A DNA stretch of 27,973 nucleotides, counting the filler, from an uncultured virus (IMG/VR IMGVR_UViG_2049941000_000863) (lineage: Duplodnaviria > Heunggongvirae > Uroviricota > Caudoviricetes). It is 8 parts of one record of this genome, joined end to end, with 100 filler letters (N's around TTAATTAATTAA, not from the genome) between each part and the next. Parts side by side here need not be neighbours in the genome. Positions count along the whole stretch, not along the records: positions 1 to 1,866 come from IMGVR_UViG_2049941000_000863; positions 1,967 to 4,456 come from IMGVR_UViG_2049941000_000863; positions 4,557 to 8,197 come from IMGVR_UViG_2049941000_000863; 5 more parts are not named here. One strand, written 5' to 3'. Under the pieces are notes generated by a model. That model was not told the origin of the DNA, ran no database searches, and saw only the letters and a program-made list of their open reading frames with translations. The position numbers and the translations under genes are program-made. This document shows positions 1-8,297 of the stretch, piece after piece (the first letter of the stretch is position 1; the number at the start of each line of letters is the position of its first letter).

Positions 1-81
1 GCCAACACCGAGGTAGTTGGCCAATTCCTGCTGGCTCACTCCGTTTTCTTTACGGAATGCCTTCAAATCAATTTCGGCCAT
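1..81 (-). CDS. CI-like repressor, true N-terminus (MAEIDLKAFRKENGVSQQELANYLGVG)
   Basis: ATG at 81 on the minus strand; bases 1-46 are identical to 1821-1866, so this piece overlaps and extends the repressor fragment at 1327-1866. Confidence 0.88.
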   Translation of the reverse strand, partial: MAEIDLKAFRKENGVSQQELANYLGVG

Positions 82-124
82 AGCAACCACTTGTAATAAA
101 ATAACAAAAATAATTGCAAAATTA

Positions 125-156
125 TTTGCAGAATTGCGATATATTGCTTTACTTTG
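125..156 (+). promoter_or_regulatory. Putative rightward (Cro) promoter
   Basis: TTTG (125-128), 20-nt spacer, TTACTTTG (149-156); one mismatch to the Bacteroidetes TTTG-N19-21-TAnnTTTG consensus. Confidence 0.55.
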
Positions 157-191
157 CTGCTGGATATAGCAATTATCGCGCTAATATAGCG

Positions 192-208
192 TGTCAAAGC
201 CTTTGACA
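192..208. promoter_or_regulatory. 17-bp palindrome, candidate repressor/Cro operator
   Basis: TGTCAAAG-C-CTTTGACA perfect inverted repeat in the repressor-cro intergenic region. Confidence 0.5.
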
Positions 209-223
209 ATCGCGCGGTAAGTG

Positions 224-255
224 CAAAAATACAAGATATAATTGTAATATGCAAG
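224..255 (-). promoter_or_regulatory. Putative leftward (repressor) promoter
   Basis: Minus strand CTTG (255-252), 20-nt spacer, TATTTTTG (231-224), which matches TAnnTTTG. Confidence 0.6.
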
Positions 256-491
256 AGATAAACACGGATTCTTTCCCCATAATATGGGCAGGACTGACAG
301 AAGGGCAGCAATACTCCATTAGCACCGCCCTGATACAGGAAGGTTGCTGCACGACCAGGCAGACGGTCTGGAACTGGGCTAACGGCAAGACTCAACCGAG
401 CACGAATGACACGAGGATTCATGTCGCTCGGATCGTGAGCAAGGTCGTTGGCTCTCGCGTTATATCGAAAACCCTTTTCCCTGCAAGATGA
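249..491 (+). CDS. Cro-like helix-turn-helix protein
   Basis: 80 aa, TRQTVWNWANGKTQP recognition-helix pattern, divergent from the repressor. Confidence 0.75.
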   Translation: MQEINTDSFPIIWAGLTEGQQYSISTALIQEGCCTTRQTVWNWANGKTQPSTNDTRIHVARIVSKVVGSRVISKTLFPAR

Positions 492-766
492 TTCCCACAG
501 TCCGTGACCTGATGGAGCAGGCAGAGACATTCTCCAACCTTGTGGCAGATGCCATACTGAAAAGGACCTCGCCGGTACGGGACGACCTGTCGGAGAGGGA
601 GGCCAAGCAAGCGTATGGGACACGCTGGCTCCTGGCCATGAAGGAGAAGGGCCTTGCCGATGCGCACAGGGTCGGGGGAAGGTGGATATACTCGCGGCAC
701 CAACTGGACTGCCTGCGGGCCGCAGAACGCCAACACGCGCGGCTCCTGCTGCAGGACGAGATATGA
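488..766 (+). CDS. Excisionase-like / winged-helix DNA-binding protein
   Basis: LSEREAKQAYG...AHRVGGRWIYSRHQL resembles Xis/MerR-like HTH; ATGA overlap with cro. Confidence 0.6.
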   Translation: MIPTVRDLMEQAETFSNLVADAILKRTSPVRDDLSEREAKQAYGTRWLLAMKEKGLADAHRVGGRWIYSRHQLDCLRAAERQHARLLLQDEI

Positions 767-826
767 TGATACCAACACTTAATACCAATTCAATATGGAA
801 AGAACAAAATCGGCACNNNNNNNNNN

Positions 827-1026
827 TGCTTGACAGCGCATCCAGATACTTCATCGAGCGCGTCCGCGGTGCGCAGACCGTCTCCATCATCGTCAATGAG
901 GGGAAGGAGGACGAACTGCGCATCCGTACACAGCCGTCCATCGGTAGGGTTAGGAAACTGACGCACGACATCGCGCTCGCTTTCCAGGACTATTTCAACA
1001 ACATGCGAAAAGACTCCATACTATGA
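827..1026 (+). CDS. Hypothetical early protein, C-terminal fragment
   Basis: Open frame from a gap to TGA, same strand as the early genes. Confidence 0.45.
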
Positions 1027-1154
1027 ACCTGTGTAAAAGATACAACGAAGATAAAAAGGCGGGGGAACCATGTTGAATTGGATTCATATCAGTTGGTGTT
1101 AGTCCCAGGGGCGGCATCCCGCCGCCNNNNNNNNNNCCGACAAATCGTAGTGCC

Positions 1155-1316
1155 ATGAAGAAGATGATACTCTCCGTCGTGGCCTGTTTCGGCCTCCTGT
1201 TCGCCGCCTTCCTCGCCTGGGCGAGTTACCACGATTTTCTCGCGGCATTCCTGTTCGCTTGCGCCATGATCCCATCCTGCCTGTTTGAACAGGGCCGGCA
1301 GGAGTACAAAGACAGG
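1155..1316 (+). CDS. Small membrane protein (3' end lost in gap)
   Basis: MKKMILSVVACFGLLFAAFLAW...FLAAFLFACAMIP, two hydrophobic segments. Confidence 0.55.
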
Positions 1317-1326
1317 NNNNNNNNNN

Positions 1327-1866
1327 ATGGATGCCTTCGGAATCCTAATCGGCGCGTGGACGAGGTGTCCGTCAGGATATGTCTCGCGGTTGGACGAATA
1401 AGCCATGATGTAATCGCCGCCGTCGTCCTGGATCTGCTTGGTGATTCTGAACTCGTCCGTTTCAATCACATAGTTCTGGCCGTTGATGAGTAAGGTCGTA
1501 TCGTACACCCTGCGCAAGGCGAGGATGCAACCGCTCGGATACTCAATCATAGAATCTCCGTAGTGGTGTATCGCTGCGGTCGCTCCAGGGAACCAGTCGC
1601 CGGCATCAATCCACTCGGTTACGCGGTGCTGGCTGCTTGTGTCCGCAACCATGTCGTTCCTGCCGCCGAAGGTCGCCACATCCTCATACAGTGGGATGCG
1701 GTTTTTCTTTGGTTCTTCTACTATCGTGCGAACCGTCCAGTCCGGGTTTGCCTTTATCTTCTCGATGATTGCTTTCTGGATGGGGCGCTCTCCGCGCTCC
1801 ATCTGTGAAACATACCCCTGGCCAACACCGAGGTAGTTGGCCAATTCCTGCTGGCTCACTCCGTTT
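1327..1866 (-). CDS. CI/LexA-like repressor body: XRE HTH plus S24 autopeptidase domain (C-terminus truncated)
   Basis: SQQELANYLGVGQGYVSQMERG HTH; IPLY, GDSM catalytic Ser motif and RITKQI candidate Lys. Confidence 0.9.
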
Positions 1867-1910
1867 NNNNNNNNNNNNNNNNNNNNNNNNNNNNNNNNNN
1901 NNNNNNNNNN

Positions 1911-1922
1911 TTAATTAATTAA
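1911..1922. other. Artificial six-frame stop linker TTAATTAATTAA (also 4501, 8242, 11616, 14416, 19168, 23544)
   Basis: Identical 12-mer centred in N padding seven times. Confidence 0.97.
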
Positions 1923-1968
1923 NNNNNNNNNNNNNNNNNNNNNNNNNNNNNNNNNNNNNNNNNNNNAA

Positions 1969-2541
1969 CGACCGACAACAAACAAGAATGATAAGAATGT
2001 AAGAATGGAAGAAGATATTATCATTCCTGACGGAATGTGTCCGGCTCAGCCGTCGGACGCTGCATCAGAAACCGATAATGAAGTTCTTACTAACCGGCAT
2101 TGCCAGAATGTGATTGACTTCTGGAACAGGACCGTGACGGAAACGAACTCAACCCTTCCGAAAGTGAAGACACTCTCCGAGGAACGGAAAAAGAAGATGC
2201 GTGTCCGCTGGAAAGAGTTCAAGGAAGTTGGTGATCCAGTCGAAGTGTGCCGGACGGTTTTCACGAAAGTATGTTCCAGTAAGTTCTGCCAGGGTGACAA
2301 CAAGAGTGGGTGGTCGGCAGATTTCGACTGGGTGTTCAAGAATGCGAAAAACTGGTCGAGGGTCTATGAAGGAAGTTACGACGAGAGGCCGGTCGTTGTT
2401 TCCGCCCAAAGGATTGACGGACGGAAGCCGGACAGGATACAAAACATAGTTGATGAGTACACAAGATTCCAAAACGCACTATATGGGGGCATTGACACAA
2501 TACAGGGAGGCGGCACTCCAGATTTCCAAAGCGGGCAGTGA
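1969..2541 (+). CDS. Phage replication initiator / replisome organiser, C-terminal part
   Basis: Frame open from the gap (TTNKNDKNVRMEE linker); FCQGDNKSGWSADFDWVFKN...RVYEGSYD motif typical of phage replication proteins. Confidence 0.75.
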   Translation, partial: RPTTNKNDKNVRMEEDIIIPDGMCPAQPSDAASETDNEVLTNRHCQNVIDFWNRTVTETNSTLPKVKTLSEERKKKMRVRWKEFKEVGDPVEVCRTVFTKVCSSKFCQGDNKSGWSADFDWVFKNAKNWSRVYEGSYDERPVVVSAQRIDGRKPDRIQNIVDEYTRFQNALYGGIDTIQGGGTPDFQSGQ

Positions 2542-2669
2542 AATAGCCACAGCGGAACAACTTGCCAATTTCCGTGCTGCCGTGGATGCCGAGGGCAACC
2601 GCCTTCATGCAAGATACGCAGACGGTGGTAACCGAGACCGTCTGGATTGGCTTGCAAAACAATTCTTCG
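2483..2669 (+). CDS. Hypothetical protein following the replication initiator (N-terminal fragment)
   Basis: MGALTQYREAALQISK... overlaps the initiator 3' end and runs into a gap; the open frame at about 2916-3161 may be its C-terminus. Confidence 0.45.
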
Positions 2670-2680
2670 NNNNNNNNNNC

Positions 2681-2903
2681 AATGAAACGCAGCAAGTCGC
2701 TGCCCAGACCGCAGGATTCCCTGCGCTGACCACACTTCCTGACCTCTCCAACGCAGAGGTCGCACCTACCGAACTCCTGGGCGAATACTGGAGTCCCGAA
2801 AACCCCGGTGAGAGCAAGCGCGTGTTCTTCGCCGGATTCGACACGCAGAGCGTGATCGAGCAGGAGACCGGCGAAACCCGCGAACTCCCAATCGTCAAGT
2901 TCG
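2681..2903 (+). CDS. Phage protein fragment, possibly ssDNA-binding
   Basis: EYWSPENPGESKRVFF...ETGETRELPIVKF; separate contig from the upstream ORF. The SSB role is a guess. Confidence 0.4.
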
Positions 2904-3166
2904 NNNNNNNNNNGGAATAACGCGCCGGACGATGTTATACGGGCTGCTCGGCCAAGCCATGTTGGGTGGAACTACGGAGACGGGAAGTTTTACCTGTTCT
3001 GCTCAGAAACACTTTATCGGTGGCTTGAAGTACCACCTTCACCAGACAGGCCGTCGAATCTCTCCATCATCAAGCCAATCATTTGGCCGTTGATGCAGCG
3101 ATATTGCTGCAAGGACCTTGTTTATAGGATAATCAAACCAAACCTATCTATCAGACACTAATTGTC

Positions 3167-3442
3167 ATGGCAAACGAAAACAACAACCCCAATCCGATCC
3201 GTTCCCATTCACAGAAGGAACGAATACTTGCATACCTCCAAGACGGAGGCTGTCTTACTCCATTGGATGCCCTGAAAAAGGTCGGCACCATGAAACTTGC
3301 AACGCGGATCTCGGAACTTATCAACGAGGACGGGCACACGGAAATAAAGAAGTCACCATGCGTTGTGGAAACCGCTGGAGGAGAGAAGGCCCGCGTCATG
3401 TGCTATTTCATAGAACCTCCCCAACTTAAACTCTCGTTATAG
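3167..3442 (+). CDS. Winged helix-turn-helix protein (HTH_39-like)
   Basis: SQKERILAYLQDGGCLTPLDALKKVGTMKLATRISEL pattern. Confidence 0.75.
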   Translation: MANENNNPNPIRSHSQKERILAYLQDGGCLTPLDALKKVGTMKLATRISELINEDGHTEIKKSPCVVETAGGEKARVMCYFIEPPQLKLSL

Positions 3443-3444
3443 CC

Positions 3445-3831
3445 ATGAATAAGAAGGGAGGGCGTGAAATGAAACTCTTTGAAATCGATGTCTGCGCTGT
3501 CGGCACGGTCTGGGAGCGCGATGTGAACTGTCCGATGTATTGGCGTGGCAGCGGTGTCTATGATGTGGACCATGAGGTGTATCGCGAGTTCCGCTTTTTC
3601 GTTTCTGCGGAGAGCCGGGAGCGGGCGTTGAAAGTTATCAGCGAGTGGTGGAGCAAAAACGACCCGTACTGGTGCAGTCTTGACGCGGTGTTCTACGACC
3701 CTTCCACGGTTGAGGAAAAGGACGACCCGGAGGACGGGACCGTGGAGGAGGTCTATGAGACCGATTACGACTATTGCGAGCCTGTATTTTCCGATGATGT
3801 ACCGGAGAGGTATAGCGTTGAGGTAGAATGA
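3445..3831 (+). CDS. Acidic hypothetical protein
   Basis: 128-aa ORF tightly packed between neighbours; D/E-rich C-terminus. Confidence 0.65.
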   Translation: MNKKGGREMKLFEIDVCAVGTVWERDVNCPMYWRGSGVYDVDHEVYREFRFFVSAESRERALKVISEWWSKNDPYWCSLDAVFYDPSTVEEKDDPEDGTVEEVYETDYDYCEPVFSDDVPERYSVEVE

Positions 3832-3938
3832 AATGAGCAAGAACAAAGATTTTAAATACCGAGCCGTTTGCCCCCATTGTAATAAAGGGTTTGACACAAG
3901 GCACGAAGGGTTTAATTATTGGGGGCANNNNNNNNNNT

Positions 3939-4220
3939 ATGATTTGGTATCACGGAACCAGCAAAGAATGTTGGAAACAAATTCAAACAGAAGGTGTTCT
4001 ATTTGGAGTAAGAGGACTTGGTGCGAGTAGGTGTACTTATTTGGCCGCTGACATTCAAGAAGCAAAATGCTATGGAGAGATAGTTCTTCAAGTTGATTAT
4101 GACCCGTTTATAAATAGTAAAGATAACAATTATACTGATGGATGTTGGCAGATACGGGTTTATAAGCCAATAACGATTGACAAAATAAAAGTTATAACCG
4201 ATGAAGATTGTAAAGATTGA
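3939..4220 (+). CDS. Small ADP-ribosyltransferase-fold-like protein
   Basis: MIWYHGTS...IQTEG...TYLA...AKCYG..VLQV...WQIRVYKPI; YHGT plus YLA pattern of H-Y-type ART/KptA-like proteins; AT-rich. Confidence 0.55.
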   Translation: MIWYHGTSKECWKQIQTEGVLFGVRGLGASRCTYLAADIQEAKCYGEIVLQVDYDPFINSKDNNYTDGCWQIRVYKPITIDKIKVITDEDCKD

Positions 4221-4437
4221 ATGGTTGGACATTTGTTCAGGAACACCAAATTGGCAGCACATAGATAATGTTGTTGCCGATGTTATGCGGTGCGTTTCTT
4301 TTGGAATGGTTATTAAAGAAACTGACGATATAATTTGTATCGCGCAGAACTATGATGCGGACGATGAACTTGTCAGTGATACAATGACTTTTCCCAAAGC
4401 AATCGTTACAAAGGTGACCATCCTCGAAGAAGATTAA
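4201..4437 (+). CDS. Conserved-type small phage protein
   Basis: IVKIEWLD...W...CVSFGMVIKE...TFPKAIVTKV pattern familiar from phage hypothetical proteins. Confidence 0.65.
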   Translation: MKIVKIEWLDICSGTPNWQHIDNVVADVMRCVSFGMVIKETDDIICIAQNYDADDELVSDTMTFPKAIVTKVTILEED

Positions 4438-4557
4438 ATCATCTCTACTTTCCGGCNNNNNNNNNNNNNNNNNNNNNNNNNNNNNNNNNNNNNNNNNNNN
4501 TTAATTAATTAANNNNNNNNNNNNNNNNNNNNNNNNNNNNNNNNNNNNNNNNNNNNA

Positions 4558-4923
4558 ATGACAGAGCATCCCTGGCAGACAATCGTAGGACAGGCTCCTT
4601 CCAAATCAAATTCCTATAAGATAGTCACGATTGCCGGTCACGGTAGTCTTGCGAAAACGCCTGGTCTTAAGGCTTACGAGAACACTTTCTACATGCAGGT
4701 AGGTCCGTATCGGAACATGATGATACAGGGCTATTTTGAGTTTCATCTGCGCATCTATTTCGCGTCGATGAGCCACGACCTTGACAATGCCCTCAAAATC
4801 ATCCTGGACTGCCTGCAATACACCCGTACAATCAAGAACGACAACAAGTGCGTGAAGATTGTCGCGGAGAAGTTCATTGACAAGGCGAATCCTCACATTG
4901 AATTCCGTCTTGTCGAAGTCTGA
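4558..4923 (+). CDS. rusA: RusA-family Holliday junction resolvase
   Basis: PSKSN, DLDNALKIILDCLQ, IKNDNKC and KFIDKANPHIEF motifs. Confidence 0.88.
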   Translation: MTEHPWQTIVGQAPSKSNSYKIVTIAGHGSLAKTPGLKAYENTFYMQVGPYRNMMIQGYFEFHLRIYFASMSHDLDNALKIILDCLQYTRTIKNDNKCVKIVAEKFIDKANPHIEFRLVEV

Positions 4924-4930
4924 CGAAGAA

Positions 4931-4962
4931 AACACCCCGACTGCAATTCGGGGTGTTATTTG
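4931..4962 (+). terminator. Hairpin terminator after rusA
   Basis: AACACCCCGA-ctgcaat-TCGGGGTGTT followed by ATTTG. Confidence 0.6.
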
Positions 4963-5000
4963 TCACACCCCCACTAAAGTAGTGGAGAGTAGTGGCTTTG

Positions 5001-5045
5001 TTGGGAAAGATAGACCAAGAGCGAGCGGTGCTTTTCGTTAATTCG
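5001..5045 (+). promoter_or_regulatory. Candidate late promoter, copy 1
   Basis: TTGGGAAAGATAGACC (5001-5016), 21 nt, TTAATTCG (5038-5045), ATG at 5070. Confidence 0.7.
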
Positions 5046-5069
5046 TGCAATCGTTAATGAAAGTGCACT

Positions 5070-5225
5070 ATGGTAACAGCATTGATAGGCGCAGCCGCTG
5101 CTCTCGGCTCTGCAATCTACGGGGGAGTCAAGTCATCCGTCGCCAATAACAGGGCAAGACAACTCATAGACCAGCAGCGGAATGATAACCGCCGTTGGTA
5201 TGAGATCCAGATGGCAAGGGACTAT
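5070..5225 (+). CDS. Putative internal virion / DNA pilot (ejection) protein, N-terminal fragment
   Basis: MVTALIGAAAALGSAIYGG Gly/Ala-rich hydrophobic start followed by a Q/N/R-rich helical segment. Confidence 0.6.
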
Positions 5226-5237
5226 NNNNNNNNNNGA

Positions 5238-5764
5238 GACGACATCACCTTCATTGAATGCCCTCGCATAGACCCTGTTCCTGGTCAGTACCTTCCTCAT
5301 CTGGACATGGTTCACAAGTTCAGGAAGGTAATGGATGCGTATCCGGATACGGATGGATTCATTTATGCCTGTGACGACATGTATGCCGTAAAGGACTTTA
5401 CGCTCGACACTGTAAAGGCCCTTAAGATGGAAGATGATGCCGGGGTCATTCCGGACTTCGATTATAGGAAAGAGACAGGATGGTGGCGGGATCTTGGAAA
5501 GACGAGGGAGTTGTGCCGGAAAGAGAAAATGTCTGAAAGAAACTGGGTGTGCCACCTCCCTGTGTACTATGAACGGAAGAAGTTGTTATCAATCTACGAC
5601 AGGTACGGTTGCGATCATGAGAGTTACATCGTGGAGAACATTTACTTTAACGAGGGATTCTACGGCGGTGTTATCTGGTGGTCCGACACTTTCAAGGACG
5701 AAGTTAAGACCTCGCATCCATGTTTGCGTCCAGTTGGCAGCGTTACATGGATAACGGGTACAAT
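5238..5764 (+). CDS. Stealth-like / GT-A-fold sugar-phosphotransferase, central fragment
   Basis: FIYACDDMY motif and HLPVYY...ENIYFN; probable N-terminus at 6148-6197 (MENKEILVVIPYLAKE) and C-terminus at 6208-6255. Confidence 0.6.
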
Positions 5765-5847
5765 NNNNNNNNNNGGCAGATGCCAACGCGAAACATCTTC
5801 TCGGATAGCGACATCGCGCGGTTTACTAACAACGGAAAAAGATAACC

Positions 5848-6027
5848 ATGATCAAGAATTATCCAAACAGCAGGCTCGCCTCGTCCGTCCAGTGCGACCG
5901 GTGCGGCAGGCGCGTGTACACGGCCAATGATACCGTGGAAAGTATCAAGGCAGAGTTTGTCCGTCGTGGCTGGTCTATGGGTGACCGTCACATCTGCGAC
6001 GATTGCCTGGGGGCCATCAAGAAGTAG
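5848..6027 (+). CDS. 59-aa zinc-ribbon-like protein (not in ORF track)
   Basis: MIKNYPNSRLASSVQCDRCG...GWSMGDRHICDDC; two CxxC pairs. Confidence 0.65.
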   Translation: MIKNYPNSRLASSVQCDRCGRRVYTANDTVESIKAEFVRRGWSMGDRHICDDCLGAIKK

Positions 6028-6100
6028 CAAGATAAAACCCGTCGTGAGACGATGGAACCGCAAACTACGCATATCGTTATTTCGGTTTTAGTACAGTCCT

Positions 6101-6135
6101 GCCACGGGTCTTTGCGGTTCATCCGTGGCTTTTAT
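6101..6135 (+). terminator. Hairpin / possible terminator
   Basis: GCCACGG (6101-6107) ... CCGTGGC (6123-6129) followed by TTTTA. Confidence 0.4.
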
Positions 6136-6147
6136 AGATAACTCATT

Positions 6148-6255
6148 ATGGAGAATAAAGAAATATTGGTAGTAATCCCATACCTTGCGAAAGAGGCNNN
6201 NNNNNNNAGCCCCACGCTTGAGACTATATTGAGAAACCACTATGAATTGAACTGA
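6148..6255 (+). CDS. N- and C-terminal ends of the Stealth-like protein flanking a gap
   Basis: MENKEILVVIPYLAKE [gap] SPTLETILRNHYELN*; the middle is most plausibly the 5238-5764 contig. Confidence 0.5.
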   Translation: MENKEILVVIPYLAKEXXXXSPTLETILRNHYELN

Positions 6256-6339
6256 TGAATGCCGCACATTTTTTTTGCCGTTTTTGTTGTTGTGCGGTTG
6301 CTGGGTTGGACGGGTGTGAGCCTCTCCAACCCTTCCCAT

Positions 6340-6384
6340 TTGGGAAAGATAGACCACGAAAACGATAACCTGCAGATATATTCG
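6340..6384 (+). promoter_or_regulatory. Candidate late promoter, copy 2
   Basis: TTGGGAAAGATAGACC (6340-6355), 21 nt, TATATTCG (6377-6384); preceded by hairpin GGGTTGGA...TCCAACCC (6303-6332); ATG at 6389. Confidence 0.7.
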
Positions 6385-6388
6385 CGAT

Positions 6389-6862
6389 ATGTATTATGTG
6401 ATAGACAAATCCCGCCTGTGGGACATGATAGACGAGGAAGTGTCGAAGGTCGCTGACGAAGCATATTCCGACACTGGGACGGCTCTATATGACAGCATCG
6501 TCCTGACGGAAAAGGACAGGAGCACCATCGACCGATTCATCGACGATGCGGTGAGCGCTTTCGTCAAGCGGGAGTTCGATGTTACCAAGTACGCTCCGCT
6601 GGCCGTACACTCCGACGAAGACCCGCGCGAGATTTCCGGTGTCATTCCCCGTCTCCTGTTCCATGTCCCGGACTTCGACGAGACAATGGCCGCAACGATG
6701 GATTCCGAACTTGACCGTTACATTGTCCTGTTCTCATGCAACGCCCTGTTCCAGCAGCGCAGGCCGGCATTGGTCCCTGAATACACCGCACGCACCCAGT
6801 CCTCTATGGACAAGGCCGTTGCGCTTCTCAAATACCGCAAGCATCCAGTTACGCAATGGTAA
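6389..6862 (+). CDS. Putative virion structural (head-tail joining / ring-type) protein
   Basis: 157-aa helical protein behind the candidate late promoter; similar size and layout to the next gene. Confidence 0.5.
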   Translation: MYYVIDKSRLWDMIDEEVSKVADEAYSDTGTALYDSIVLTEKDRSTIDRFIDDAVSAFVKREFDVTKYAPLAVHSDEDPREISGVIPRLLFHVPDFDETMAATMDSELDRYIVLFSCNALFQQRRPALVPEYTARTQSSMDKAVALLKYRKHPVTQW

Positions 6863-7317
6863 TCACGCTACACACACAGGAGATTCTGGACAAACTCCGC
6901 TCCGTCTCGCATCGTGAGGTGTCCGTCATCGAGGATGCCGATGCCCGTTACAGGGCAGAGGCCGGAACGGAGAAGATGTACGAAATAGAGCGGTGCGTCT
7001 CCGAGGCCGCGTCCCGTCTCGCCGGTCGCGCGGTGGTCGCAAGATTCCTTAAGGCCGACTTCAAGTGGGAGAAAGACAATCAGCATGAACTTCCGCCAGA
7101 ATATGTGTTCGAGTTCGTCCTGTCAGAAAGGAGGGCCGTCGGTACGGCCATTCCGCTGGAAGAAGCCATGAACACCTTTATGGTGGAGTACGCCCTTACG
7201 AAATTCTATTCCATTGTCTCGCTCGTAGATTTGTCAAACAAGCATAGCCTTCTTGCCATTGAAGCGGGGAACGAGATAGAAAGCATACTTTACACCAAGA
7301 AACCGCCGAGAGTATGA
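6856..7317 (+). CDS. Putative virion structural (head-tail joining / ring-type) protein
   Basis: 153 aa, overlaps the previous gene, ends in KKPPRV; function inferred from context. Confidence 0.5.
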   Translation: MVITLHTQEILDKLRSVSHREVSVIEDADARYRAEAGTEKMYEIERCVSEAASRLAGRAVVARFLKADFKWEKDNQHELPPEYVFEFVLSERRAVGTAIPLEEAMNTFMVEYALTKFYSIVSLVDLSNKHSLLAIEAGNEIESILYTKKPPRV

Positions 7318-7348
7318 CACGCAGATACGGATTCATCGNNNNNNNNNN

Positions 7349-7537
7349 AAGTTCGTGGAGAGCAAATGGGAGGAATTCCTTCACAACTACGACAGCATAG
7401 ACGATCCTGAGAAGAAATGCTCCATCATGCTCCAACTCCTTCCGTACATATCCCCGAAGATGGCATCCGTGGAATACAAGGGTGAGGTGCCTGTCAAGAC
7501 CTTTAAGGACGAGTTGGACGAACTATCGGAAGAAAAG
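7349..7537 (+). CDS. Possible terminase small subunit, C-terminal fragment
   Basis: LQLLPYISPKMASVE pattern resembling small-terminase-like proteins of Bacteroidetes phages; isolated contig. Confidence 0.4.
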
Positions 7538-7705
7538 NNNNNNNNNNNNNNNNNNNNNNNNNNNNNNNNNNNNTGACTCCGATGAAGCAAACGAGACCAA
7601 GGAGCGCAAGATAGAGATTATAAAGGGCGAGGTGTTCAAGGACATCAACCTGAACACCCACAAGCATGTGGACGCACGGACGGACATGGCAGACNNNNNN
7701 NNNNA

Positions 7706-7846
7706 ATGATTAAAGAAATAGAAACTTACGACATCATAGACCGGTACGGGGATGTTTATGGCAAGAGTGTTCCGACCAATCTGGAACTAATGGAGAAAAT
7801 CAACGAGATTATCCGATACCTTAACGAGAAGGAAGATGAAGACTAA
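7706..7846 (+). CDS. 46-aa hypothetical protein
   Basis: MIKEIETYDIIDRYG...ELMEKINEIIRYLNEKEDED*; overlaps the next ATG. Confidence 0.55.
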   Translation: MIKEIETYDIIDRYGDVYGKSVPTNLELMEKINEIIRYLNEKEDED

Positions 7847-8009
7847 CTACCTGCTCTGCTCCGGCGAAGCCTGCCCCCTGCGGATGTCCTGTAAACGACA
7901 TCAGGAATGGCTGAACAACGAGGACTTCGAGGCCCCGGAAATGGACCCCGACTACCATGAAGGAGAATGTCCATTCTATGAACGAAAGGACTACTACTAT
8001 GGCGGATAA
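7836..8009 (+). CDS. 57-aa Cys-rich phage protein
   Basis: LLCSGEACPLRMSCKRH...ECPFY four-Cys pattern. Confidence 0.6.
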   Translation: MKTNYLLCSGEACPLRMSCKRHQEWLNNEDFEAPEMDPDYHEGECPFYERKDYYYGG

Positions 8010-8197
8010 GACACGCAGCGACATCAATGCCGCAGCCGCGAAAGCGGCGGACAGGGACATCCATGCGTCCTCAATACCCAGCGAGATCAAACTGATGGTA
8101 CAACTCGCCAACTCATGCCAGGTCGTCGTCGAGGATGTGTTCAACCGCATCAAAGGCGTCTATGCCAGGCACGGCTTCCAGTCCCGAAAACCCCGGG
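7999..8197 (+). CDS. Hypothetical protein, N-terminal fragment
   Basis: MADKTRSDINAAAAK..., overlaps the previous stop and runs into a gap. Confidence 0.5.
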
Positions 8198-8297
8198 NNN
8201 NNNNNNNNNNNNNNNNNNNNNNNNNNNNNNNNNNNNNNNNNTTAATTAATTAANNNNNNNNNNNNNNNNNNNNNNNNNNNNNNNNNNNNNNNNNNNN

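Noticed and set aside
63..971. 302-aa minus-strand ORF and similar antisense ORFs
   Set aside because: Shadow frames of better-supported genes, and they cross gaps.
1..1866. 46-bp direct repeat as att site or duplication
   Set aside because: It lies inside the repressor coding sequence at two contig ends; assembly overlap.
1985..2007. AAGAATG x3 as origin iterons
   Set aside because: Explained by the NKNDKNVR coding linker; the adjacent sequence is missing.
5070..5930. Apparent pilot protein / glycosyltransferase fusion
   Set aside because: Chimera across N gaps.
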